From positions 1 through 32,590 of the IMG/VR virus record IMGVR_UViG_3300046832_000414: a DNA stretch of 32,590 nt, one strand, 5' to 3'. Shown here piece by piece: positions 18,054 to 26,453 of the stretch (position 1 is its first letter; every line of letters starts with the position of its first letter). Position numbers and translations under genes: made by a program. The notes under the pieces were generated by a model. That model was not told the DNA's origin. It worked only from the letters and a program-made list of their open reading frames with translations, and made no database searches. Origin of the DNA: a virus (taxonomy: Duplodnaviria > Caudoviricetes).

Positions 18054-21000
18054 TTATTGAATTACTTCTCCTCCACTACCATTATCTGTACTAGCGTCTG
18101 CTTGAATTGATATTGTAGAGTTTGCATAGAAATCAATTGTAGAAGATGCATTTGAAGTAGGTAATCCACTATCAGCAATAACACCTCCACCATCTTGAGC
18201 AATAACTCTAGTGTAATGTGTTACCAATTGACCACTAGACGTGTCTCCAACAGGAGCGTATATTGTTGAAGATATTAAACTTCCAGATAATACACTAACA
18301 GATCCAGTCGCATCATTTGTTGTTGAGAATACGTTTATTCCGTTAGAGTTTATTTCAAAACTACCTGGATATATACCTCCGAAGAAACTAACATTATAAT
18401 TTAATGTCACGTATCCAGAACATGGTTGAGTTTCACTTAACACTGGGCAAGCTACACCTCCATTTGATGCGGGAGTTATAATTGTTCTAGTTCTTGTTTG
18501 ATTACCATTTGCACATTCAGACCATGCTGACCATTCAGACACTACGCAATTTACAGCAATAGACTCTCCACAGTTTCCACTTGAAGATAAACTTGTTTCA
18601 GGACCAGTACTTACCGTTCCCTCTGTAGCGCAAAAACTAGTAGATTCAGCTCCATTTACACCACCTATTGTTTCTTGTTGTTGATTACCGTAGCAATCAG
18701 TATATGTTGTTGTTGTTCCGTAAGAAGCGCTTGTTGATATAGTATAGTTTACACAACCCGAACTACAATCTTGAGTCTCTGTTAATACTGGACAAGCAAC
18801 TCCACCACCACTTGCTGGTGTTACAACTGTTCTTGTTCTTGTTTGAGAACCATTTGTACAACTAGACCAATCAGACCAAGCAGAAACTACGCAATCTACA
18901 GGAACGGTACAGTTTTCAGTTTCGGTTAATACTGGACAAGGAGTACCTCCACCACTTGCAGGAGTAACTATAGTTCTTGTTCTAGTTTGAGAACCATCTA
19001 CACATGTTGACCATGCAGACCATTCTGATACAACACAATTTACTGGTTGTTGACAGCTTTGAGTCTCTGTTAGAGCTGGACACGGAGTACCTCCGCCACT
19101 GGCTGGAGTAATAATTGTTCTAGTTCTAGTTTGACTTCCGTTAACGCAAGCAGACCAAGGAGACCAATCAGATACAACACAGTTTACAGGAACAATATCA
19201 CATTCACAAGCTAAAGCATAATCAGTAGCGCTATAACACAAACTTATAGGTGTTGGATCTATATCACAATTCTCAACATCTATATAATCCCAAACGATGT
19301 AAAGTTTTTGACCAGCCGTTCTTGTAAATGTAAACTGAATATAATTATTATCTCCAGAATTTGTAATCGCTGGATATGTAGCAGAATCTAATATCTGTTG
19401 AGGAGTTAGATCACTAGCTGTGATAACATATCCTATTCTATTACAAGAAGTAAATTCTCCAGTTGCTTTTGTAGAAGTAACTTTTATAGTAGAATTATTA
19501 TACGGTATTTCGTTCTCTCCTTCATTTCCAGTGTCTGAGTTAAATCTAGTTACACTTCCACTAGTAAATATATCTAATAAAGAAGAACTTCCATTAGTAG
19601 ATGTGGTTGAATTTGTCCACTCGTACTTGTTAGTCATAGATTTACCAACATCTAAATCATCACCGACTACTAATGTAATTACTTCTAATTCAGGATTTGT
19701 AACACATATATTTTTAAGAGACAATGAGCCCATTGTATTTTCTCTATTATATATAGTTAAAGTTCCTTCAGATACAGTTGTTGTTTTGCTAACTGTAAAG
19801 TTTCCAGTTCCAGTTGCGTTATCAAGAGTAGTTACAACTCCATTGGTATCCATTTCAAAATCAAAAATACTACCAGGTTGTGCTGTGTAGTTTACAACAT
19901 GATTACCAATATTGTTTCCTAGATCTATACTATAAGTGTAAGAACTATTTGCTGGAATGTTTAGCCATTGAATTACCTGACCACAAACAAGAGGCGCTTG
20001 GTAATCTACTTTATCATCAGCTAATGAAATTATATAATTATCATGAACTGGATCAAAACCACCATACTTAAAGTTATTTTTATACTCTCTTAAGTTATCT
20101 TTAAACCAATCACGCATTTTATACTTAGATATAGGTTCTAAACCATCACCTCCAAGTCTCAATACAGCTCCTTTGTTTGAATCTGTGAAGTATATTGAGT
20201 TTGCGTAATAAGAAAAGCTCTCAGGATTTTTACTAATACCCCATTCTCCAGCAAAAGGAATTTCTTGACCAAGTACATCTTCAATAGAAGATACTTGACC
20301 ACCTCCTACAGCGTCAAATAAAACATTTTTGTTATATAGTATTCTGTGTACTTTATCTTCTTGGAAAACAATTAAATCCGTATCTCTAGAATGTATCTTT
20401 TGAATACTTCCATACTTATCATCTAAGTCTTTATAATTTGCTCTTGATAAGTTAAATTCATTTAACGAGTTATAACTTGTTGTTTTGTCAAAAGGTCCAC
20501 TGTAAGTTATAGAAGCTATGTTTCTTACTTGTTTATAACCATCTAATTGTACTGCATTTGGTCTTGAATTAGTAGATAGAAAGTTTTTATTAAATACATC
20601 TTTAATAATATAACTCTCAGCTCCATTACCTTGAGTAAAGCAGTTAAACCAGTTTAGATTAATTACAGCTGGTATATTTGAAGTTTGATCAACATCAGTA
20701 GGATACTCGTCTTTGTTAGACATGTGTAATCCATTTTGTATTAGATAAGTATCTTGAGTCTCGTAGAAAACTTCAGATGTGTTATCAATAGAGTCTGTTT
20801 CAAATATTAACAAACTGTATCCAGTTGTTATAGTTATTTTTGCATTCAAGAACGAACGATTTTGTCCATTACCATTCAGCTCATTCTTTATTTTTAAATA
20901 TAAGTATCCGTTAGGGTTTAACGTTATAGTCTCTCCTCTTCTAGGTAATCCACCAAACAATCCACCTCCAGTGTCGTAAGGTTTTGTGAAACCTCTTACG

Positions 21001-23390
21001 AATTCATAAGTGTCAAAATCTCCTAATCCATCTCCCTCTGTTTGAAACCAACTTTGAAAATTAGTATAACTATCACTAGATATGTATTCTTTTTTAAATT
21101 CTACAGTAGTTAATCCAGTTCTCTCGTTTTTTATCTCTATCTCTATTCTACTGCCAGGTGGTATTGGAATGTCTTCTACAACAGGAAAGCTTAACGTACC
21201 TTTATTAACAGAGAATCCAGCAGCACCACCAGCAAAAACAAAGAAGTTATCACCAGTGTCCATTGACTCTTTCTTAAACTCATAAAAGTTTTTCTCAGCT
21301 CCATCAATTGTTAAATCAGATGAAGATTTTACTTTTATATATACACCAGAAGGTTCTATTATATCTACTCCAGCAGGATTCTTATTGTCTTTAATAAAGT
21401 CCTTTACATTTGTAGCATAGTCTAAAACTTGTAGTTTTACTATATCATCAGCAAATCCATTTACATTTTTCTTTACAATTAAGTAATCACCTTCTTTTAC
21501 TTTTTGCTTATCTTGACCCTCTAATTTTAACCAAATAAAACCTTGCTCTTCATATGCAATAACAGAATATATTGTATGGTAGTCTAGCTTACTATCCTTT
21601 ACAAATATCTTATATCTGTTAGCCCAAGCAGGAGCTTTGCTTTTTATCTCTAATTTTAAATTGTTACTAGTAACACTATTCTTAATCGGTATAAATATGT
21701 TGTTATCTCTACTTGTTAGTACGGTTGAGTATCTTCCTTCTTCATCTAAATAGACAATACCAGTTTCATAACTTCTAATTGATTTACAACTAGCGTAAAC
21801 ATTATTATCAGAAGAATATACGTTGATACTATCCGAATTTATATGGTAGTATTCATTTTGGTAAGTAAATAAAGAATCTTCTGTATCATTAGGAGTACTA
21901 TCTATCTTATGTCTTATGTATGGTATTTTCAAACTTAACACATCACTAGAAGTAGCTGTTAATAACACAAAAGGTTTGTATTTGTCAGGATAAGATTCTA
22001 TATCGTTATCTGGCTCAGTATTGTTTAAATCCGCGTTTTTAAAGTTGTTGCTAGCTACAGTTGTTAAAAAAGTAGTAAACTCACTAGATTGAGAAAGTTC
22101 AAAAGCAGTTGCGTATGTTTTTTCTAAATAAAAAGATAGATCACACATGTAGTTTCCAAAGAAAGGGGTGTCGCTGTTAGCTCTAAATGATATAGAGATA
22201 ATCTTTCCTTTCTTCAAGTCAGATGGTGTAAATTGTATATTTAAAACATTGTTAGTTGTAACATCACTAGAAACAGTAGTATTTAAAAGATTCTCCTTTA
22301 AATCCTCAGCTACAAAAGATGTTTTAAAGTCTACTTTTATTTTATTGCCAGATATATCTACAAGATCCCTACCCTCGGTATAATTACCAAACATAAGTCT
22401 ATTACCTATAAACTCCTGAGCTTTAGCTACAACTGGTATATTATCATATAACCTGTTTACCTCATCCTCTGGAAGTATAGAGTATATCTTATTATTAGAG
22501 AATAAAAAAGTCTTATCCGCATCATTACCATACTTTTCTTTTTCTTTGTTAAAATTCTCAATAACATATATAGTTCCACTATTACTTTCTTTAAACAATA
22601 ACTGTATATCAGTTACGTTTTTGTCACCAGTATTAAAACCAATGTTAACAGCATTAAAAGAGTTGACCATCCCATTATTCTCTTGAGTAGAAAAATTAAA
22701 CGAGAAGTCTGATGGGTAAAATTGAGGATTACTAAATGCAGAAGTAGCACTATATTCTCCGTCTATGTATTTATATCTATATCCAAAAGATAAAAATCTT
22801 TCTTTTATATTGTTTTCAGTACCGTCTCCAAATTGAGTTGGCGTGCATTTAGGAGCCTTAAATGGAGCTCTTTTATACAAACTTATATCTTTAGTCTCAA
22901 AAGCATTTACAGACCATGATTTGGCTCTATTTACGTTTATACAACGTATAGGGTTTAAATCGTCAGTCCAAACAAGTAACTTTTCTTTATTGAAAGAATT
23001 ATATATTACATTTGCTCCAGTTATTTTATACTTAGAGTTAAAGTTTAGTACGTTAGACGAACCGCTTCTCGTATCTGATAAGATTATAGATAAAGATTCG
23101 TTATCTAGTATGTTATATTCATATATAAAATTACCAGCGCTTGAAGTAACAAACCAATAAATACATTCGTTTCCTTCATCTGTAACACTTCCTATTGTTA
23201 CAGAGTCAACTGGAAGACTTAAATTCGTTAACTTATCTAATCCATTTGATTTCTGAACAAGACCTAAACTAGAGCCTTCTGAGTTTGATACTATTATGTT
23301 TTCAGCATCAATGTACTCTCCTTCTGGTATTAATCGAACATCGTAATCTTTGTTCATTAACCCACCTACAAAAGTCTTTTTTAACTCCAT
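18054..23390 (-). CDS. Tail stabilisation/muzzle protein N-terminal part with C-terminal accessory domains including four TSP1 repeats (1778 aa)
   Basis: GLMNKDYDVRLIPEGEYIDAEN start, LVWTDDLNPIRCIN, GNRLMFGNY, YGSIQKIHSRDTDLIVFQEDK and WGISKNPESF (beta-propeller-type tail protein). Confidence 0.82.
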   Translation of the reverse strand: MELKKTFVGGLMNKDYDVRLIPEGEYIDAENIIVSNSEGSSLGLVQKSNGLDKLTNLSLPVDSVTIGSVTDEGNECIYWFVTSSAGNFIYEYNILDNESLSIILSDTRSGSSNVLNFNSKYKITGANVIYNSFNKEKLLVWTDDLNPIRCINVNRAKSWSVNAFETKDISLYKRAPFKAPKCTPTQFGDGTENNIKERFLSFGYRYKYIDGEYSATSAFSNPQFYPSDFSFNFSTQENNGMVNSFNAVNIGFNTGDKNVTDIQLLFKESNSGTIYVIENFNKEKEKYGNDADKTFLFSNNKIYSILPEDEVNRLYDNIPVVAKAQEFIGNRLMFGNYTEGRDLVDISGNKIKVDFKTSFVAEDLKENLLNTTVSSDVTTNNVLNIQFTPSDLKKGKIISISFRANSDTPFFGNYMCDLSFYLEKTYATAFELSQSSEFTTFLTTVASNNFKNADLNNTEPDNDIESYPDKYKPFVLLTATSSDVLSLKIPYIRHKIDSTPNDTEDSLFTYQNEYYHINSDSINVYSSDNNVYASCKSIRSYETGIVYLDEEGRYSTVLTSRDNNIFIPIKNSVTSNNLKLEIKSKAPAWANRYKIFVKDSKLDYHTIYSVIAYEEQGFIWLKLEGQDKQKVKEGDYLIVKKNVNGFADDIVKLQVLDYATNVKDFIKDNKNPAGVDIIEPSGVYIKVKSSSDLTIDGAEKNFYEFKKESMDTGDNFFVFAGGAAGFSVNKGTLSFPVVEDIPIPPGSRIEIEIKNERTGLTTVEFKKEYISSDSYTNFQSWFQTEGDGLGDFDTYEFVRGFTKPYDTGGGLFGGLPRRGETITLNPNGYLYLKIKNELNGNGQNRSFLNAKITITTGYSLLIFETDSIDNTSEVFYETQDTYLIQNGLHMSNKDEYPTDVDQTSNIPAVINLNWFNCFTQGNGAESYIIKDVFNKNFLSTNSRPNAVQLDGYKQVRNIASITYSGPFDKTTSYNSLNEFNLSRANYKDLDDKYGSIQKIHSRDTDLIVFQEDKVHRILYNKNVLFDAVGGGQVSSIEDVLGQEIPFAGEWGISKNPESFSYYANSIYFTDSNKGAVLRLGGDGLEPISKYKMRDWFKDNLREYKNNFKYGGFDPVHDNYIISLADDKVDYQAPLVCGQVIQWLNIPANSSYTYSIDLGNNIGNHVVNYTAQPGSIFDFEMDTNGVVTTLDNATGTGNFTVSKTTTVSEGTLTIYNRENTMGSLSLKNICVTNPELEVITLVVGDDLDVGKSMTNKYEWTNSTTSTNGSSSLLDIFTSGSVTRFNSDTGNEGENEIPYNNSTIKVTSTKATGEFTSCNRIGYVITASDLTPQQILDSATYPAITNSGDNNYIQFTFTRTAGQKLYIVWDYIDVENCDIDPTPISLCYSATDYALACECDIVPVNCVVSDWSPWSACVNGSQTRTRTIITPASGGGTPCPALTETQSCQQPVNCVVSEWSAWSTCVDGSQTRTRTIVTPASGGGTPCPVLTETENCTVPVDCVVSAWSDWSSCTNGSQTRTRTVVTPASGGGVACPVLTETQDCSSGCVNYTISTSASYGTTTTYTDCYGNQQQETIGGVNGAESTSFCATEGTVSTGPETSLSSSGNCGESIAVNCVVSEWSAWSECANGNQTRTRTIITPASNGGVACPVLSETQPCSGYVTLNYNVSFFGGIYPGSFEINSNGINVFSTTNDATGSVSVLSGSLISSTIYAPVGDTSSGQLVTHYTRVIAQDGGGVIADSGLPTSNASSTIDFYANSTISIQADASTDNGSGGEVIQ
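18420..18554 (-). repeat. TSP1 repeat, copy 4
   Basis: VNCVVSEWSAWSECANGNQTRTRTIITPASNGGVACPVLSETQPC. Confidence 0.92.
18765..19187 (-). repeat. Three tandem TSP1 repeats (144-nt period)
   Basis: Units at 19053-19187, 18909-19043 and 18765-18899; consensus VxCVVSxWSxWSxCxxGSQTRTRTxxTPASGGGxxCPxLTETxxC. Confidence 0.95.
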
Positions 23391-23391
23391 A

Positions 23392-24264
23392 TTATTTTGT
23401 CCAATTACTTGCTCCTCTCATAGATTGTAAAATTTCATCGTAACGAATATTTGACATTCTAATCTTGGTATTGTTTCTAATTGCTCTGTATTCGTTTCTA
23501 GCTCTTTGAACTATGTATTCTTGTACTCCAAATTTATTAGTAAGTATTTCATACTTTATAAATTGATATAAGAACTTCTCAGCTAGTTTGTTTACTCTTA
23601 TTTCGTCCTCTGATAAATCAGATAGTCCATCAGATATATACTCTACAACAATAGTCTTTCCTATTAAGTCAGAACTAAATCTCATAACACCTAAGTTCTT
23701 ATTGATTATAAACGTTCCATTTTGATTAGCAGTCTTACCATCAATACCAAATCTACTTCCGTATAAGTATTCCGTACCGCTATCATTCAAATTGTTTGAT
23801 TTTGGATTTCTACTATTTATTTCTGTAGTAGATGTTCCTTCTAATGCTTGACCATTGTTATCAAACAATACGTTGTAGTTGTTATCTTGTAAGTATGCTT
23901 TTACAATACCCGATTGGTTGTTTTGAATAATAGGTCTAAACTTACCATCTTCATCAACCCAACTTATTCTAACGTAGTTAATATAGTCTTTAGGAACTGG
24001 TAGTTGTAAGTTGTCTGGAAGATCAAGTTCTAATGCTTTAACTTCTTTAGCAACATCGTAATTAAGTTCTTGTAGTCCTCTTTTTGCGTGAAAAACAACC
24101 TCGTATCTTTTGCAATCGTTTATGATTTTATCATCACCAACGTACATCATGTAAAAGTTATTGATAACATCTTTCAATGCTACATATTGGTAATCCCCCC
24201 AATTTTCGTCTTTAGGGTTAGCACCACTATTCTCATAGTATTCAAAATCTGTAATTTGAGCCAT
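23392..24264 (-). CDS. Structural protein (probable tail ring/adaptor)
   Basis: Position before the muzzle gene; LPVPKDYINYVRISWVD and VEYISDGL. Confidence 0.7.
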   Translation of the reverse strand: MAQITDFEYYENSGANPKDENWGDYQYVALKDVINNFYMMYVGDDKIINDCKRYEVVFHAKRGLQELNYDVAKEVKALELDLPDNLQLPVPKDYINYVRISWVDEDGKFRPIIQNNQSGIVKAYLQDNNYNVLFDNNGQALEGTSTTEINSRNPKSNNLNDSGTEYLYGSRFGIDGKTANQNGTFIINKNLGVMRFSSDLIGKTIVVEYISDGLSDLSEDEIRVNKLAEKFLYQFIKYEILTNKFGVQEYIVQRARNEYRAIRNNTKIRMSNIRYDEILQSMRGASNWTK

Positions 24265-24278
24265 ATCTTATTTAACTT

Positions 24279-24962
24279 TTATTTTGCGTCGTCTCTGTTT
24301 TCAAATGCAATAGCAGCACCAACAACATCAGCTTCCCTTATATTTAAACCAGAATACTTAAGTATCTTAGTTATTAATTTAAACTTATCTTCAAATCCAA
24401 CTTCAAAGTCTTGAAAACCAGATTTAGATTGATTGAATATAGCATTACCACCAATCATTTCATATGTCCAGTTTGGATCCTTAGGATTTCTATAGTATAT
24501 CAATTTAATACCAGTGTTTATAGTTTCTGGGTAAACTTTATACTTATCATTATATTTTATATATGATGGGTAAAAAACACTAGGTCCAACTAATTCATTA
24601 GTTAAAAAGAAACTTAACTTATCCCTTGGAATCTCCTCAACTTCTTTGCCATTGTATATTAAACTTATACTAGTATATAAGTCCGCTGGAGGTAAGAATA
24701 AACCACTAGGTGTGTCAAAAGATAAAGATGTTGGAGGTACTGCAAAAGTATCCATTCCTTCTTTAGCTTTCTTTACAATTTCTTTATACGCTGTCCTTTG
24801 GCTTTTAGAAACAAGACTCTTATTATAATCATAGAAATAATCATCAACAACTTCTTGTTGTGCTTGTTTAGCAAAAGTATTAAACTGCAAAGGTGTTATG
24901 TATCCACGGCTTTCTTTATTAAGTATAAAGTCAACCATGTTTCTTACATCATTAATCATCAT
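24279..24962 (-). CDS. Structural protein (probable head-tail adaptor/ring); start moved to ATG 24962 or 24959
   Basis: ILNKESRGYITPLQFNTFAKQAQ and YYRNPKDPNW; the TTG start in the ORF track falls inside the -7 promoter box. Confidence 0.75.
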   Translation of the reverse strand: MMINDVRNMVDFILNKESRGYITPLQFNTFAKQAQQEVVDDYFYDYNKSLVSKSQRTAYKEIVKKAKEGMDTFAVPPTSLSFDTPSGLFLPPADLYTSISLIYNGKEVEEIPRDKLSFFLTNELVGPSVFYPSYIKYNDKYKVYPETINTGIKLIYYRNPKDPNWTYEMIGGNAIFNQSKSGFQDFEVGFEDKFKLITKILKYSGLNIREADVVGAAIAFENRDDAK

Positions 24963-24977
24963 AATATCTATTTTGTG

Positions 24978-24985
24978 CAAAGTTA
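24978..24985 (-). promoter_or_regulatory. -7 promoter element TAACTTTG
   Basis: TAnnTTTG directly after a terminator, 16 nt before the ATG. Confidence 0.7.
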
Positions 24986-24987
24986 AT

Positions 24988-25016
24988 AAAAAAAAAGCAC
25001 CCCCTTTCGAGAGTGC
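24988..25016 (-). terminator. Intrinsic terminator
   Basis: GCACTCTC-GAAA-GGGGGTGC followed by T9 on the - strand. Confidence 0.88.
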
Positions 25017-25042
25017 AATTGATCGTTATTATGGACAAAAGT

Positions 25043-25819
25043 CTACAATTTGTTTGAAATATCAGACAATACATCCATTCCTTCGTCTGTCAAGAAGAAT
25101 GATGCTAATGCAGAATATGCATTCTCACCAAATGGAATCGTAATAATTCTACCACCATCTTTTCCTCCCCAATTAACAGTACGTCCATCAGTACTAATTC
25201 TGATGATATCTAATTGTACAGCTCTAATAGCAATGTTTCTAAACTTAACAGAATCATCATTCATTAAAGATGTAAATTCTTTAGGATTTCTACCAGCGTA
25301 AATTAACATATCTCTTCTTAATTCAGAAGAAGTCATCTTATCTACCTTACCTTTTAAAAGTACTCTAGCAATAGCTTCTAGTTCTTCAATTGGCATTTCT
25401 TTAGCAGCAATCTGAGCCTCTAACTTACTAGTCAATTCATCATACTCTTCAGCAGCTTTTTCTTCTGCATCAAACTCGTGATAAACAGATCCGTTGTCTG
25501 GGTGATAAATAGATAAGAACTTTTGTAATTCAACTTGTTCTTTCTTTACTCTTAAAACACCATTTTCAAAAATAATAGGAGTAGACACAGCGTATCCATC
25601 TTGCTCGTCAATAAAAGGTGAAGATTGGTTGTCACTCCATCGTAAAGCTTTATTACTTCTTGTATCTTGATCGAAATAAAGTAATGGTTTACTTTGAGAG
25701 TGTTTAGAACGCAACATATGAGTAATAGGTGTTGCACTTCCTTTTAAAAGATAGATTCTATCTTTAAATTCAAATTCTTTTTCAGAAGGTAATTCCTTCT
25801 TTGCACTTGGTCTTGCCAT
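25043..25819 (-). CDS. Hypothetical phage protein following the capsid gene
   Basis: ORF track; has its own promoter and terminator. Confidence 0.8.
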   Translation of the reverse strand: MARPSAKKELPSEKEFEFKDRIYLLKGSATPITHMLRSKHSQSKPLLYFDQDTRSNKALRWSDNQSSPFIDEQDGYAVSTPIIFENGVLRVKKEQVELQKFLSIYHPDNGSVYHEFDAEEKAAEEYDELTSKLEAQIAAKEMPIEELEAIARVLLKGKVDKMTSSELRRDMLIYAGRNPKEFTSLMNDDSVKFRNIAIRAVQLDIIRISTDGRTVNWGGKDGGRIITIPFGENAYSALASFFLTDEGMDVLSDISNKL

Positions 25820-25846
25820 GATTAAATTATATTAAAATTAAAGATG

Positions 25847-25854
25847 CAAAATTA
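25847..25854 (-). promoter_or_regulatory. -7 promoter element TAATTTTG
   Basis: TAnnTTTG followed by an AT-rich leader to ATG 25819. Confidence 0.65.
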
Positions 25855-25881
25855 CAAAATTAATTTAACAAGATATTTAAG

Positions 25882-25963
25882 TACCAAAGATGGGACTCGA
25901 ACCCATAAAACTCTAGTTTCTAAGACTAGGCACTCTTCCAATTCGTTTTTACGTCACTCTGGC
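25882..25963 (-). tRNA. tRNA-Leu(TAG), atypical (short variable loop, enlarged D region)
   Basis: GCCAGAG/CTTTGGT acceptor, CTAGT-CTTAGAA-ACTAG anticodon arm, ATGGG-TTCGAGT-CCCAT T-arm. Confidence 0.75.
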
Positions 25964-25968
25964 TTTTG

Positions 25969-26041
25969 TTTCAATAAGAAGACTTGAACTCCTATCTATA
26001 GGTTCGTAGCCTATTGTTCTATCCAATTGAACTATATTGAA
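25969..26041 (-). tRNA. tRNA-Arg(ACG)
   Basis: TTCAATA/TATTGAA acceptor, GTTC/GAAC D-stem, ATAGG-CTACGAA-CCTAT. Confidence 0.9.
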
Positions 26042-26046
26042 ATTTG

Positions 26047-26119
26047 GGTGATACACGAGAATCGAACTCGCATTTTCAGAGACACAATCTGACGACTTAA
26101 CCGTTAGTCTAATATCACC
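26047..26119 (-). tRNA. tRNA-His(GTG)
   Basis: G-1:C73, GACT/AGTC D-stem, TCAGA-TTGTGTC-TCTGA, GCGAG-TTCGATT-CTCGT. Confidence 0.88.
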
Positions 26120-26124
26120 ATTTG

Positions 26125-26195
26125 TTACAATACCAAGGGTCGAACTTGGATAGACAGAGTCAAAGTCTGTTATGTTACCATTACATCATATTGTA
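26125..26195 (-). tRNA. tRNA-Gln(TTG)
   Basis: TACAATA/TATTGTA acceptor, ACAGA-CTTTGAC-TCTGT, CCAAG-TTCGACC-CTTGG. Confidence 0.9.
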
Positions 26196-26200
26196 TTTTG

Positions 26201-26273
26201 TCGCATAGGCAGGACTCGAACCTACAGTCTCCCGCTTCCAAGGCGGGCACGTAACCAATTTTGTCACTACGCG
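26201..26273 (-). tRNA. tRNA-Pro(TGG)
   Basis: C1:G72/A73, CCCGC-CTTGGAA-GCGGG, GTAGG-TTCGAGT-CCTGC; weak D-stem. Confidence 0.85.
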
Positions 26274-26277
26274 AAAT

Positions 26278-26306
26278 AAAAAAGCCACAGGCTACGGTGC
26301 TGTGGC
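26278..26306 (-). terminator. Intrinsic terminator-like hairpin directly upstream of the tRNA cluster
   Basis: GCCACAG-CACCGTAGC-CTGTGGC followed by T6. Confidence 0.7.
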
Positions 26307-26352
26307 GTACGTTTTCACGAACCAGGTCCTTTTCCCTAGGGAAATGACTTTG

Positions 26353-26383
26353 CAAATATACAACTTTATTTTTAATACACAAA
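26353..26383 (-). promoter_or_regulatory. Promoter TTTG-N19-TATATTTG
   Basis: Both Bacteroidota boxes at canonical spacing. Confidence 0.8.
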
Positions 26384-26418
26384 AAAACCGCTAAAAACTT
26401 TAAAAGAAATTAGCGGTT
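26381..26418 (-). terminator. Intrinsic terminator
   Basis: AACCGCTAA...TTAGCGGTT followed by a T-run. Confidence 0.7.
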
Positions 26419-26453
26419 AAAAAAATGAGAGAAAAAGCAAAAAATGTGATAGG

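Noticed and set aside
18420-19187. TSP1 repeats as a CRISPR array or DGR template/variable repeats
   Set aside because: They are in-frame coding repeats with no spacers, the differences are not confined to adenines, and no reverse transcriptase or cas gene is in the window.
24963-24980. TTG start for the 233-aa ORF
   Set aside because: It lies within the predicted -7 promoter box; ATG 24962 or 24959 is more plausible.
26278-26349. preQ1 riboswitch or an additional tRNA (contains GGTTCG)
   Set aside because: No preQ1 stem with A-rich tail and no cloverleaf.
26170-26382. 70-aa ORF on the - strand
   Set aside because: Overlaps tRNA-Pro, tRNA-Gln, a promoter and a terminator.
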